A stretch of 64,000 nucleotides of DNA from an uncultured Chloroflexia bacterium (GCA_963824735.1 CAWGQH010000016.1:133032-197031); one strand, 5' to 3'; counted from the stretch's first letter, positions 9,177 through 20,325 are shown. The notes: generated by a model not told the origin, from the sequence alone. Made by a program: numbers and translations.

Positions 9177-10629
9177 TCAGCCCTCCTGGTCCCAGATCGC
9201 TTGAAGCTGTGTCGTGAGGTCCTGGACCTCGGTGTCGATATTGAGTCCCGCGTTGGACTGCCACTTCGTTCCGAACTCGATCAGCTTGTCGAAGCTCTCG
9301 TTGTACGCCGGCATGTACGACTCGAAGTTCGGCACGTCGGCGTAGTTGACGCCTTCCTTGGCGACGTTCCAGTCGACCTCGTTCGGTGAAGCTGTCCTGC
9401 AGCGTGGTGAAGAACGCGTCCTGTGCCTCCGGCCGGGCGGGCATGCCGCCGTACGTCGTGAGCAGCGTGTCGGACGCGTCGCCGAGGAGATACGTCAGCG
9501 CCTCGAATGCCTCGTCGGGGTGCTTGGTGTCCTTGTGGATGCGGAACGTGTCGGCGTTGAACGCCGCGGTCGTCGTGCCGTTGTACGACGGCGTGGCCGC
9601 GAGGTCCCAGTCGTCGCCGGAGTCGCCGACGCCGTACGTCGACCACAGGTAGTTCGGGCTCATCGAGACGTTGCCGGTGAAGAACGGGTAGTCGCTCGGG
9701 TTGAGCTCGTCGCTCTCGAACTGGGGTCCCGTCATCGAGTAGTGGTCGGTCCACATGCCGTCGTAGAACGCCTTCCAGCCCGCGACCCACGCGTCCGGGA
9801 TCTCGACGGTCTTGCCATCGGCGCCACCGGCGAGCTGACCGGGACCCCAGTAGGCACCGGTCTGGCGGAGGTCGTCGCGCTGCGGCTCGAGGCCCCACTG
9901 GACGATGTTCTCAGGATCGAACCCGTCCTGGGTCGCGTCCTTGCCGTTCTGGTCGACCGTCAGCAGCTTCGCGACCTCGCGGATGGTGTCCCAGTCCCAC
10001 GGTCGCTCCGTGCCGTCCGGCATCGTGTAGGTCCCGTTCCACTCGTGCGGCGGTTCGTTGAGTCCCGCCTCCTCGAAGTGGCTCTTCTTGTAGAAGAGGG
10101 CCGAGGGATAGATCGCGAACGGGATGCCGAGCTGGCCCTCGCCGCCGGTGTTGTACAGCTCGACCATGTTGTCGGGGTACTGTCCGAGGTCATAGCCGGT
10201 CGAATCGATGAGCGGCTGGAGGTCGAGCCACTGGCCGTGGAACGCCTCGGCGCCGCCGATGCCGGTCGGTCCGACGATGTCAGGTGGATTCCCGGCTGCG
10301 ATCTGGGTCGCAAGCGCGTCGCGGGCGCCCTCGTACGGGACGGCTTCGAACGTGAGATGGATGTTCGGGTGGGAGGCATTGAATTCCTCGACCACCTGCT
10401 GCTCGACCTCGACCTGCTCGGGGGCGTCACCGCCACCGAGGCAGCAGTACCAGCGCAGCTCGACGACCTCGCCGTTGCCGGCCGGCTGCGACGCCGGCGG
10501 CGCCGCCGACGAGCCGGGCGCCTGGCTGGCCCCGGGTGCGCTCGTCGTCGTCGACTGGCCGCAGGCAGCGACGAGCAGGGCGGCGGCCGCTATCAGAACC
10601 AGCAGCCTCGTCATTCGCGGGGTTCGCAT
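9177..10629 (-). pseudogene. ABC transporter sugar-binding lipoprotein (single frame break as assembled)
   Basis: SD AAGGAGGAGG precedes ATG 10629 (MRTPRMTRLLVLIAAAALLVAACGQ, lipobox). After ...LQDSFTE the frame breaks near TT 9382-9383. The other frame continues EVDWNVAKEGVNYADVPNFESYMPAYNESFDKLIEFGTKWQSNAGLNIDTEVQDLTTQLQAIWDQEG to TGA 9177-9179. The listed ORF 9151..11349 is a read-through artefact. Confidence 0.85.
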
Positions 10630-10663
10630 CGATCGGTCCTCCTCCTTGAGTCCGTTCGGGCGC

Positions 10664-11474
10664 CTAGGAGCCGACGGGTCCTCCCGTTCGCAGTCCGGCC
10701 ACGAGCGCCGGCTCGTGATCGCTCGGCCGGTTCGAACGCACCACGATGCGCTCGACGTAGTAGCGGGTTCGGTCGCCGCGGACGAACGTCCGGGCGAATT
10801 CGATGGGGTCGCCGTCTTCATCGAAGGCGACGCCCTCGATGACGAGCGCGGGGGTCCGCGGGGGCTGGTCGAGCAGCCGCGCCTCGCGCGTTCGCAGCAG
10901 CACGGGTTCGAGCGATTCGCGGGCGCGCGCGATGTGCGTCGCCGTACTGCTCGGTCAGGACGTCGTACAGCGAGTTGTGCTCGAGGTCGGAGGCCAGGAG
11001 GCCGGGAAACCGCTCGGCCGGCAGGTGGACCTGTTCGAGCAGGAGCGGTTCCCCCGAGGCGACCCGGAGGCGCTCGACGTACACGATCGGCGAGCCGACC
11101 TCGAGGTTCAGCGCGCCGGCGACGACCTCGCCCGCCGACTCGGGCCGGGCCGCGACGAGCCGTGTCTCGGGGTCGAGGCCGCGGCGCTGCATCTCCTCGG
11201 TGAAGCTGAGGGTGTCGGCGAAGTCGCGCTCGATGCGCGCCTTGAGGGCGAACGTGCCGCGGCCGCGGGTGCGCTCGAGTCGACCCTCGCGCGCGAGCTC
11301 GCTGAGCGCCCGCCGGATCGTGATGAGGCTGCAGCTGTAGCGGATGCACAATTCGCGCTCGGGCGGCAGCCGGTCACCCGGCGCGATCTCGCCCGAATCG
11401 AGAGCCGCCTTGAGGTGGAGGTACACCTGGTGATGGAGCGGGACAGGACCGAGCTCGAGGCGGAAGCGCGCCAT
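10664..11474 (-). pseudogene. GntR/HutC-family transcriptional regulator (single frame break as assembled)
   Basis: ATG 11474 (MARFRLELGPVPLHHQVY). Winged helix: PPERELCIRYSCSLITIRRALSELAREG. The UTRA-like C-terminal domain continues in ORF 10664..10903 (RESLEPVLLRTREARLLDQP...FARTFVRGDRTRYYVE) after a break at the GGG run 10921-10923. Confidence 0.8.
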
Positions 11475-11608
11475 CGGCAGACCGGCTCCTCCGTTCGACG
11501 GGGCAAGCATCGGCCGCGCCTGGGGCTTGGCCGAGATTGTTCATAATGTTATAAGCATTGTGTCAAGGACCCGGCACGTGCCGGTCGGTGGCGAGGTGGG
11601 GAGGCGAG

Positions 11609-12869
11609 ATGGGCGTCAAGGTGACGGTCGTCGGTGGCGGGAGCACGTACACGCCCGAACTGGTGGAGGGCGTGGTCCGCCGCGCCGACCGCGTGCCCGT
11701 CGACGAGCTCGTCCTGCTCGACGTCGATGCCGGAGCGCCTTGCGGTCGTCGGCGGCCTGGCCGAGCGGATGCTCGCGAAGGCCGGCTGGCCCGGCCGCCT
11801 CGTCAGGACGACCGATCGCGATGCCGCGCTGGACGGCGCCGATTTCGTGCTCGTGCAGCTCCGCGTCGGCGGCCAGGCCGCGCGCCTGCGCGACGAGACC
11901 ATCCCGCCCCGCTTCGGCGCGGTCGGCCAGGAGACGACCGGTCCCGGCGGGCTGGCAAAGGCAATCCGCACCGTGCCCGTGATCCTGGAGCTCGCCGAGG
12001 CCGTGGACCGCCGGGCTGCACCCGGGCACTGGATCGTCGACTTCACGAACCCGGTCGGGATCGTGACCCAGGCACTGATCGACGGGGGCCACCGCGCGCT
12101 CGGGCTGTGCAACGTGGCGATCGGGATGCAGCGCTGGCTGGCCGACTGGCTGGAGGTGGAACCCGAGCGGGTCAGCCTCGAGCACGTCGGCCTGAACCAC
12201 CTGAGCTGGGTCCGGGCCGTGCGCGTGGACGGCCGCGACGTGCTGCCCGACCTGCTGGCGGACGACGCCGAGCGCATCGCCGAGCACACCGGGCTGCCGG
12301 TGGACCTCGTTCGGTCCGTGGGCGCCATCCCGTCCTACTACCTGCGCTACTACTACCTGACCGAGACGGTCGTGCGGGAGCAGCGGGACGGCCACAGTCG
12401 TGCGAAGGACGTGATGGACATCGAACGCCAGCTCCTCGAGATGTACCGCGATCCGGCGCTCACCGAGAAGCCGGCGTTGCTCGGCCAGCGGGGAGGCGCG
12501 TACTACAGCGAGGCCGCGGTCGACCTCATCGCGTCACTGCACGACGGACGCGGTGACGTGCAAGTCGTCGACGTCCGCAACGACGGCGCGCTGCCCGACG
12601 TGTCGGCCGATGCAGTGGTCGAGATCCCGTCGCGGATCGACCGCGATGGCGCCCATCCCCTGCCCCTCTCCCCGCTCGCGCCGGCCGAGCAGGCCCTGCT
12701 CCGCGAGGTCAAGGCCTACGAGCGGTTGGCCGCCGACGCGGCCCGAATCGGGGATCGCGACGCGGCACTGCGAGCCCTTCGGGCGAACCCGCTGGCCCGG
12801 GCGGTGGCCGATCCGGGGCGCCTGCTCGAGGAGCTGCTGGCGGACCCGGCCGGGGTGAGCGGCGGATAG
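11609..12869 (+). pseudogene. GH4-family 6-phospho-beta-glucosidase (single frame break as assembled)
   Basis: SD GGGGAGG precedes ATG 11609 (MGVKVTVVGGGSTYTPELVEG, NAD-binding). The frame breaks near CC 11730-11731. The rest lies in ORF 11634..12869 (FTNPVGIVTQA, GLCNVAIG, NHLSWV). Confidence 0.85.
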
Positions 12870-13211
12870 ACGACGGCCGCGGGCCCGGCGTCCAGCGCCC
12901 ACCGCGCTTCGTGCCCATTCACCACGCGAATGCAGACCAGGCATCATGCGGTCGCCCGCCTTCTCGCCCATTCACGAGGTGACTCGGATGAATGCGAGAG
13001 GCGCGCCGGGGAGTCTGAACTAGCCGCGCGCGGCTTGGCACGGCGCATGGTGCGTCCGTTGCATTCGCCACGTGCATCGCTAGCGAGCGGCGACCCGCGA
13101 ACCCGAGCAGGCGCCCGGGCACGCCGATCGCAACGCGTTGTTTGCGAAACTTCGCAAAGTCCGAACCATTATTCATACCGGCGCGGGCCGCCTTTCGGGC
13201 ATCCTTGGTTG

Positions 13212-16027
13212 GTGCAGACGCCTCCGCAGCGCGTGACCCGCCAGGGACGCCCGCGCAACGACCCCGCGCGCCCCACGACGGCCGGCTGGTTCGGACTCAT
13301 CATCTTCTTCTTCCTCGCCGGCATCGGTGCCATCGGCGCACTCGCGACGATCAGCCTCTATTCCGCGCTCGCCTCGAACCTCACTCCGGTCGAGGCCATG
13401 CAGGACTACGAGCTGCCAGAGGAGTCGATCGTCTTCGATCGCAACGGCACCGAGCTCGCCCGCTTCGGGGAGTTCAAGCGCGAAGTCGTCGAGTTCGACG
13501 AGATCCCGCCGATCCTGCTCGACGCGACGACGGCCGTCGAGGACAAGACGTTCTGGGAGAACGCCGGCTTCGATCCCGTCGCCATCTTCTCGGCCGGCCT
13601 CGACTCGCTGCGTGGCCGCGGCCGCGGCGCCTCCACCGTCACCCAGCAGCTGACTCGAATGCGACTCCTCGACGACGAACTGCTCCAGGACCCGGACCGA
13701 CTCGCCGAGCGCAAGCTCAAGGAGATCATCCAGTCGATCCGGCTCACGCAGCACTTCGCGGGGGAGCCGGGCAAGCGGGACATCATCACCGCCTACCTGA
13801 ACCAGATCTACTACGGCAACCAGAGCTACGGCGTGAAGGCGGCCGCCCGCTCGTACTTCGGCATCAACGATCTCAGCGAGCTCACGCCGGCCCAGGCCGC
13901 GGTCCTGGCCGCGCTGCCGAAGTCGCCCTCGAACTACGACCTCGTGCGCAACGCCGTCGAGGAGTGCCTCGAGCCCGGCGAGAACGAAGGCGAATGCGCG
14001 AAGACCCAGCTCGTGGTGCCACCGGACACAACCGTCGTGGAGCGCCGGAACCAGATCCTCACCCTCATGGCCGAGGACGACCGCACGCCGATGTCCGACG
14101 GCCAGTACACCAGCGAAGAGCTGCTTGCCGCGCGCGACGAGCCGGTCGTGCTCGTCCGCCAGACCACCGAGCGCTGGCAGGCGCCGCACTTCGTGTGGCG
14201 CGTGCGCGATGAGCTGTTCACGAAGCTGTGCGGCGAGGACGCCACGTGCCCGCAGCTCGATCGCGGTGGTCTGCGCATCACGACCACGCTCGATCTCGAG
14301 GTCCAGGAGACCGCGGAAAAGTGGGTCAAGGCTGCGGCCGTCGTGCCGTTCCAGGACAACCCGCGGCAGGCAGCCAGGCGCCTCGGCCTCACGTACGAGG
14401 ACTGGATGGCCAACCTGGCCGACAAGCGGCTGCGCAACGGCGCGCTCGTCGCAATGGACTACCAGACCGGCGAGCTGATCGCCTATGTCGGCAGCGCCGA
14501 CTACTACTCGACCAAGCACTCGAAGCGCTTCCAGCCGAAGTACGACGTGGTCGGGAACGGCTACCGCCAGCCGGGTTCGGCGTTCAAGCCGTTCAACTAC
14601 GCGATCGGGATCGACTCGGGCAAGCTCACCGCCGGCACCGTGCTGATGGACGTCGGCACCGACTTCGGCAACGACTACACGCCAAACGACGCCGACCGCC
14701 TCGAGCGCGGACCGCTCACTGTCCGAAATGCACTGCAGTTCTCGCTCAACATCCCCTCGGTCAAGGCCCTGCAGGTCAACGACCCGGCGACGGTCTTCGA
14801 GCGCGCCCAGGAGTTCGGGCTGCGCTTCCGGGGCGACTCGAGCGATGCCGGCCTGTCGCTGGCGCTGGGCACGCAGGAAACGCCGCCGGTCGACCTCGCC
14901 ACCGGTTACGCCACGATCGCCAATGGCGGCCGGTACATCGGGAACACCACGATCCTCACGGTCAAGGATCGCGACGGCAAGGACGTCGCCGATCCGTACG
15001 AGCCGCCCGAGCCGACGCAGGTCATCAGCCCGCAGGCGGCCTACATCACCACGAACATCCTGGCCGGCAACACGAACCGCAACGTGAACCCGTTCTGGGG
15101 CGAGTTCTCGCTCCGTGGCCCCGATGGTGACCGCCGGCCGGCCACGCTCAAGACCGGCACGAACAACGACGCCAAGGACCTCAACGCCTACGGCTACATC
15201 GCGCCGCCCACCCGCGAACAGCGCGAGGACGGGCAGTACGCGCTGGTCGTCGGAGCGTGGAACGGCAACAGCGACAACAGCGAAGTCAGCACGCCCAACA
15301 ACCCGGTGTTCTCGATCGAGGTGTCCACGCACGTCTGGCAGGGCTTCCTCCAGGAGACGACCAAGGACTGGCCGATCCGCAACTTCCGGCGGCCCGAGGA
15401 AGGCCTGGTGGAAGTCACGATCGACCCGCTGACCGGCTACCTGCCGCAGCGCGGTGACGAGGGCGTCGAGGAGTGGTTCATCGCGGGCACCGAGCCCAAG
15501 AACCGGCTTCCGCGCGAAGCGTGCGGGCGCGACGTCCTCGAGCTCCTGGCCTACGAGTCGAAGTTCGACAACTGGCTGGAGTGGGACCGCGACTGGCTGC
15601 GCCGTGCACGGCGCGGGCCGGGCACGGTGGGAGGTCCCGACCGCACAGCGGTCAGCTACTTCTACAACAATCGCTTCAACCCCTTCGGCCGCGCATGGGG
15701 CCCGATCATGGGCCAGAACTGCGCCGAACCGACGCCGGAACCCTCCTGCGTTCCGCTGCCGACGCCGGATGCCAGCGGCGTGATCCCGTCATTCGAGCTC
15801 CCGGAGCCGTCGGGCGATGCACCGGCCCTGGTCGCGTGCCCGCCCGAATCGGCGACGCCGGAGCCGAGCGCGCCACCCAGCGAGGAGCCGTCGCCGCCAC
15901 CGTCAGCGAACCCACGCCCGAACCGGAGCCCACACCGACGCCCGAGCCGGATCCCACGCCGACGCCCGAGCCGACGCCGACGCCAACGCCAACGCCACCG
16001 GACAGCTCCGCCCCACCGCCGCCCTGA
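13212..16027 (+). pseudogene. class A penicillin-binding protein (PBP1A-type transglycosylase/transpeptidase; frame break in C-terminal tail)
   Basis: Start at GTG 13212 or TTG 13209. TM anchor: WFGLIIFFFLAGIGAIGALATISLY. GT51 motifs: EDKTFWENAGFD, RGASTVTQQL. Transpeptidase motifs: SAFKPF (SxxK), SLN, KTGT. The frame breaks at about 15906. The native Pro/Thr tail EPTPEPEPTPTPEPDPTPTPEPTPTPTPTPPDSSAPPPP ends at TGA 16025-16027. Confidence 0.85.
15929..15976 (+). repeat. 24-nt tandem duplication inside the Pro/Thr-rich PBP tail
   Basis: cccacaccgacgcccgagccggat (15929-15952) is followed directly by cccacgccgacgcccgagccgacg (15953-15976), then by ccgacg/ccaacg hexamer repeats. Confidence 0.6.
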
Positions 16028-16043
16028 TCGAGGCGCGGGAGGG

Positions 16044-16823
16044 GTGACGATCGAGCTTGCCGGCGTCACGGTCACCCGCGGCGGGCGGACGATCCTGGGA
16101 CCGCTCGAGTGGACCGTCCGCCCGGGTGAGCGCTGGGCCGTCCTCGGCCCGAACGGCTCGGGCAAGACCACCCTGCTCCAGGTCGTGAGCCTCTACCTGT
16201 GGCCGACTTCCGGGACGGTGGACGTCCTCGGAGGACGGTTCGGGCGGATGGACGCGCGTGAACAGCGCCGCCGGATCGGCTACGCGGGGAGTGCCCTCGA
16301 GGACGAGATGGACGAGGCGCTCAGCCCGTTGCAGCTCGTGCTCAGCGCGCGCCACGCGGCACTCGCCCCGTGGTGGCACGAGTACAACGACGCGGACCGG
16401 GTCCGCGCCGCGGCGCTGATCGAGCGCTTCGGGATCGCGCACGTGGCCGACCATCCGTTCCGAACGCTGTCCAGCGGGGAGCGGCGGCGCGTCTCGATCG
16501 CCCGGGCCCTCATGCCCAACCCTGACCTGCTGCTGCTCGACGAGCCGGCTGCAGGGCTGGACCTCGGAGCGCGAGAGACGCTGATCCGCGACCTCACCGG
16601 GCTCGCGGCCGAGAGGCGGCCCGAGTCGATCGTGCTCGTGTCGCACCATGTCGAGGAGATCCCGCCGGGCTTTGGGCATGCGCTGGTCCTGGCCGACGGG
16701 CGGGCCGTGGCGGCGGGACGGATCGAGGAGGTCGTGAGCGCGGAGGTCCTCGGGCGGGCCTACGGGATGCCGATCGCGGTCGAGCGGCGCGACGGCCGGT
16801 ACTGGGCGCGTCGCGCGGACTGA
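16044..16823 (+). CDS. ABC transporter ATP-binding protein (no adjacent permease)
   Basis: SD GGGAGGGG precedes GTG 16044. Walker A GPNGSGKTT, signature LSSGERRR, Walker B LLLLDEP. It is in frame with ORF 12930..16823 only because the PBP stop is lost to a frameshift. Confidence 0.85.
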   Translation: MTIELAGVTVTRGGRTILGPLEWTVRPGERWAVLGPNGSGKTTLLQVVSLYLWPTSGTVDVLGGRFGRMDAREQRRRIGYAGSALEDEMDEALSPLQLVLSARHAALAPWWHEYNDADRVRAAALIERFGIAHVADHPFRTLSSGERRRVSIARALMPNPDLLLLDEPAAGLDLGARETLIRDLTGLAAERRPESIVLVSHHVEEIPPGFGHALVLADGRAVAAGRIEEVVSAEVLGRAYGMPIAVERRDGRYWARRAD

Positions 16824-16931
16824 GGAAGTCGGCGCGGTGGACCGGGGCCACTCGGAATTCGCAGCGCTCACGGCAGCCGGGGCGAAGGGCCCTGACACGC
16901 GACCGTCATCGAGAAGCGGCAGGATAGGCGC

Positions 16932-18506
16932 ATGACCACGACCACGGCGACCATTGGTGCCCCTGCTGCAACCCGAACTCCGGGCTGGGTCGGCGCGTTC
17001 GCCGGGCTGATCGGCGCGGCGGTCGCGCTCGGGGTGAGCGAGCTGATCTCCGGCGTCCTGTCGCCCGGGTCGTCGCTGATCGCGGCCGTCGGGCAGACGA
17101 TCATCGACCTGCAGCCGCCCGGCGCCAAGGACTTCGTGGTCGCCCTGTTCGGCACCAATGACAAGCTCGCGCTCGAGATCATCGTCACGGGCACCGCGCT
17201 GGCGATCGGGACACTGCTCGGCTATCTCGGGCGGGACCGGTTCGCGATCGCGGCCGGCGGGTTCGTCGCCTTCGGCATCGTCGGCTTCCTGGCGGTCCTG
17301 CGGTTGCCGCTGGCATCACCAGCCATCGGCGCACTGAGTGCCGGGGTCGCGGTCATCGCCGGGATCCAGGTCATGAGCTGGCTGATGCAGACCGCGCGCC
17401 GCACGGAGACCGCGGACCCACGGGCCGGGATGCCCGACTGGCGCCGTCGGAACCTGCTCCTCACGGGTTCGGCGATCGGGGTTGCCGCGCTGGCCGGAGG
17501 GGTCGTGGGCCGGATGTTCGGCGCCCGCTCGAGCGTCGCGCCGGCGGAGGCCAACGACCAGATCCCGCCCGCCTCCGAGGTCGTCGCCGCGTTGCCGACG
17601 GGCGCGGACCTGGCACCGCAGGTCGGCGGCCTGACCCCCATCGTCGTTCCGAACGACCGCTTCTACCAGATCGACACCGCGCTCCTCACGCCGATCGTCG
17701 ACAGCGCCACGTGGCAGCTCCGGATCCACGGCATGGTCGATCGCGAGACGACGCTGACCTGGGACGAGCTCGTGGCGATGCCGCTCTTCGAGCAGTACGT
17801 GACGATCGCGTGCGTGAGCAACGAGATCGGCGGCAACCTCGTGGGCAACGCGAAATGGACGGGCGTTCGCTTGCGCGAGGTCCTCGACCTCGCCGGGGTC
17901 CAGGCCGGCGCCGATCAACTGGTCGGCCGGTCGGTCGACGGCTGGACGGCGGGCATGCCGACGTCGTGGGTCATGGACCCGGCACGCGAGGCGATGATCG
18001 CGGTTCGCATGAACGACGACCCGCTGCCGCCCCGCCACGGGTTCCCGGCACGGCTGATCGTTCCCGGCCTGTACGGCTACGTGTCGGCGACGAAGTGGCT
18101 GGCCGAGCTGGAGCTCACGACCCTGGAGGCGTTCGATGCCTACTGGGTGCCGCTCGGCTGGGCCAAGGAAGCACCCATCCTCACCCAGTCGCGGATCGAC
18201 ACGCCGCGCCCTGGCTCGGTGGCCGCCGGCCGCGTCCCGATCGCGGGCGTGGCCTGGGCGCCCGACCGCGGCATCTCGAAGGTCGAGGTCGGCATCGACG
18301 GTCAGTGGCAGGAAGCCCGCCTGTCGTCACCGATCTCGGACGCGACGTGGGTCCAGTGGGTCTACGACTGGAACAGCACGCCGGGCCGCCACCACATCGA
18401 GGTGCGTGCCACCGACGGCAACGGCGAGGTCCAGACCGACCAGCGCACGCCGCCTGCGCCGGACGGCGCACGGGGCTGGCATTCGGTGGACGTGACCGTC
18501 GGGTAA
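16932..18506 (+). CDS. sulfite-oxidase-family molybdopterin oxidoreductase with N-terminal membrane domain
   Basis: ORF 16932..18506. A multi-TM N-terminus is followed by a Moco domain (YVTIACVSNEIGG, HGFPARLIVPGLYGYVSATKWL) and an Ig-like C-terminal domain. Confidence 0.8.
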   Translation: MTTTTATIGAPAATRTPGWVGAFAGLIGAAVALGVSELISGVLSPGSSLIAAVGQTIIDLQPPGAKDFVVALFGTNDKLALEIIVTGTALAIGTLLGYLGRDRFAIAAGGFVAFGIVGFLAVLRLPLASPAIGALSAGVAVIAGIQVMSWLMQTARRTETADPRAGMPDWRRRNLLLTGSAIGVAALAGGVVGRMFGARSSVAPAEANDQIPPASEVVAALPTGADLAPQVGGLTPIVVPNDRFYQIDTALLTPIVDSATWQLRIHGMVDRETTLTWDELVAMPLFEQYVTIACVSNEIGGNLVGNAKWTGVRLREVLDLAGVQAGADQLVGRSVDGWTAGMPTSWVMDPAREAMIAVRMNDDPLPPRHGFPARLIVPGLYGYVSATKWLAELELTTLEAFDAYWVPLGWAKEAPILTQSRIDTPRPGSVAAGRVPIAGVAWAPDRGISKVEVGIDGQWQEARLSSPISDATWVQWVYDWNSTPGRHHIEVRATDGNGEVQTDQRTPPAPDGARGWHSVDVTVG

Positions 18507-18538
18507 GCCCTGCGCGCGAATCGGTATAGAGTCGAGCC

Positions 18539-19099
18539 ATGCCGCGACGTCGCTTCATCTTCGATCCACCGGAGCGTTTCGTGACCGGCACGATCGGGGA
18601 ACCCGGCCAGCGCACGTTCTTCCTGCAGGCCCGCGACGGCGGTCGCGTCGTCAGCGTTGCGCTCGAGAAAGTCCAGGTGGCGGTCCTCGCCGACCGCCTC
18701 GGCCAGCTGCTCGTCGAGCTCGACAAGCGCGGGATCGCGCCCGAGGAGCCGGTCGACCCGGGCATCGAGGACACGAGCCCGCTTGACGAACCACTCAACG
18801 AGGCGTTTCGTGCCGGAGCGCTGACGCTCGGCTGGGATGGCGACGCCGAGCTGATCCTCGTCGAGGCGCGCGCCGAGTCGGAGGATGGCGAGACCATCGG
18901 CCCGGACGAGGACGACGACGAGGACGAGGACGGTCCCGACCTGCTGCGCGTGCGGATGACCGCGGGCGAGGCCCGGAGCTTCGTCGAGCGCGCGGTCCGC
19001 GTCGTGGCCTCCGGCCGACCGCCGTGCCCGCTGTGCGGCCAGCCGCTCGATCCGACGGGCCACCTCTGCCCGCGCCGCAACGGCCACTACGTCAACTGA
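18539..19099 (+). CDS. DUF3090-family protein
   Basis: ORF 18539..19099. FIFDPPERFVTGTIGEPGQRTFFLQA, an acidic linker, and C-terminal CPLCGQPLDPTGHLCPRRNGH. This matches my memory of the actinobacterial DUF3090 family. Confidence 0.7.
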   Translation: MPRRRFIFDPPERFVTGTIGEPGQRTFFLQARDGGRVVSVALEKVQVAVLADRLGQLLVELDKRGIAPEEPVDPGIEDTSPLDEPLNEAFRAGALTLGWDGDAELILVEARAESEDGETIGPDEDDDEDEDGPDLLRVRMTAGEARSFVERAVRVVASGRPPCPLCGQPLDPTGHLCPRRNGHYVN

Positions 19100-19110
19100 C
19101 CAGCCCGCGG

Positions 19111-19847
19111 ATGCCGGACCCGGTGACCGCCCTGCGCATCCTGCGCGAGGGCGAGATCGAGATTGTCGGCCGCATCGTCGGCTCATCGAACAACGCGATG
19201 CTGGCCACGGTCAGCGTCCCCTGCCCGGATCCCGAGCCGGCCGAGTCGATCCACGCGGTCTACAAACCAACCGCCGGCGAGCGGCCGCTCGACGACTTCC
19301 CCGACGGGACGCTGTCCCGACGCGAGGTCGCGGCGTGGCACGTGTCCGAGGCGCTCGGGTGGGGCATCGTCCCGCCGACGCGTGCTGCGGGACGGGCCCG
19401 TTCGGCGAGGGCATGGTCCAGCAGTACATCGAGCTCGATCTGACCGTCGACGTGGTCGAGATGATCGTGTCGGACGACCCGCGCCTGCGGCGGATCGCGG
19501 CGTTCGATGCGGCCGTGAACAACACGGACCGCAAGGGCGGTCACCTGCTGCCGGTCGATGGCGGGACGCACGTGTTCGGTGTCGACCACGGTGTGTGCTT
19601 CTCCCCCGTGCCGAAGCTGCGGACGGTGCTGTGGGGCTGGCGCGGCGACCCGTTCGACGACGAGGAGCTGGCCGGGTTCGACCGGCTGTGTGGCGCGCTC
19701 GCCGGGGAGCTGGGAGTCACCCTGCGCGGGCTGCTGACGTCCACCGAGGTCGAAGCGACGCGGCGACGCGTCGAAGGGCTGCTCGCGGCGCGGCGCTGGC
19801 CGATGCCGTCGCCGCACTGGCCGGCCGTGCCCTGGCCGCCGTTCTAG
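19111..19847 (+). pseudogene. SCO1664-family (PI3/4-kinase-like) protein (frame break as assembled)
   Basis: ATG 19111 (MPDPVTALRILREGEIEIVGRIVGSSNNAMLA...). The frame changes at about 19380-19400. The rest lies in ORF 19335..19847 (GPFGEGMVQQYI...AFDAAVNNTDRKGGHLL...GVDHGVCF). Confidence 0.65.
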
Positions 19848-19857
19848 GCCGAATCCG

Positions 19858-20325
19858 TCAACGAGGCTCGACCGACACGACTGCCAGGCCGGCCTCCGAC
19901 AACGCTTCCGGAGCGGGCTCGAGCTCCGGGCTGGTGACCACGTCCGAAGCTCCGATCCGCTGTGCGTATTCGATGAGGCTGTCCGGCTTGTCGGTCTCGG
20001 GCAGCCAGCCGTAGGCATCGATGCCGGCCTCCGAGAGGGCGCGGACGCGTCGGGCGAGCGGTGCCTGGCCGGCGGCCTCGAGGTCGTCCGCGGTCAGGAG
20101 CGGCGGGGCGCCGCGGTCCGGGCCGTCGCTTGCGAATTCCGTGGGCAGCGGCAATTCGAGCGCCGACGCCGTTGCGCCGACGTCGTACAGCACGACCCGG
20201 GCGCCGCGCTCGAAGCCGAGCTCGGTGGCGCGCTGGACCACCGGGTCGGCGACCGGCTCGTCGTTGACGATCGCGACGATCGTGGGCTGGGCCTGCGCGT
20301 TCATGCGTTGCATGGTCCGGTTCAC
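19858..20325 (-). CDS. hypothetical protein
   Basis: ORF 19858..20325 (155 aa). The composition looks coding. No motif recognised. Confidence 0.5.
   Translation of the reverse strand: MNRTMQRMNAQAQPTIVAIVNDEPVADPVVQRATELGFERGARVVLYDVGATASALELPLPTEFASDGPDRGAPPLLTADDLEAAGQAPLARRVRALSEAGIDAYGWLPETDKPDSLIEYAQRIGASDVVTSPELEPAPEALSEAGLAVVSVEPR

Noticed and set aside
9151-11349. 732-aa ORF spanning the sugar-binding protein and the GntR region.
   Set aside because: The first ~240 aa are Arg-rich antisense or off-frame sequence over the regulator gene. The real gene starts at ATG 10629, which has a strong SD and a lipoprotein signal peptide.
12930-16823. 1297-aa ORF that looks like a PBP1A-ABC ATPase fusion.
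   Set aside because: The Pro/Thr tail continues in another frame to a stop at 16025-16027. The ATPase has its own SD (GGGAGGGG) and GTG at 16044. The apparent fusion comes from a frame break near 15906.
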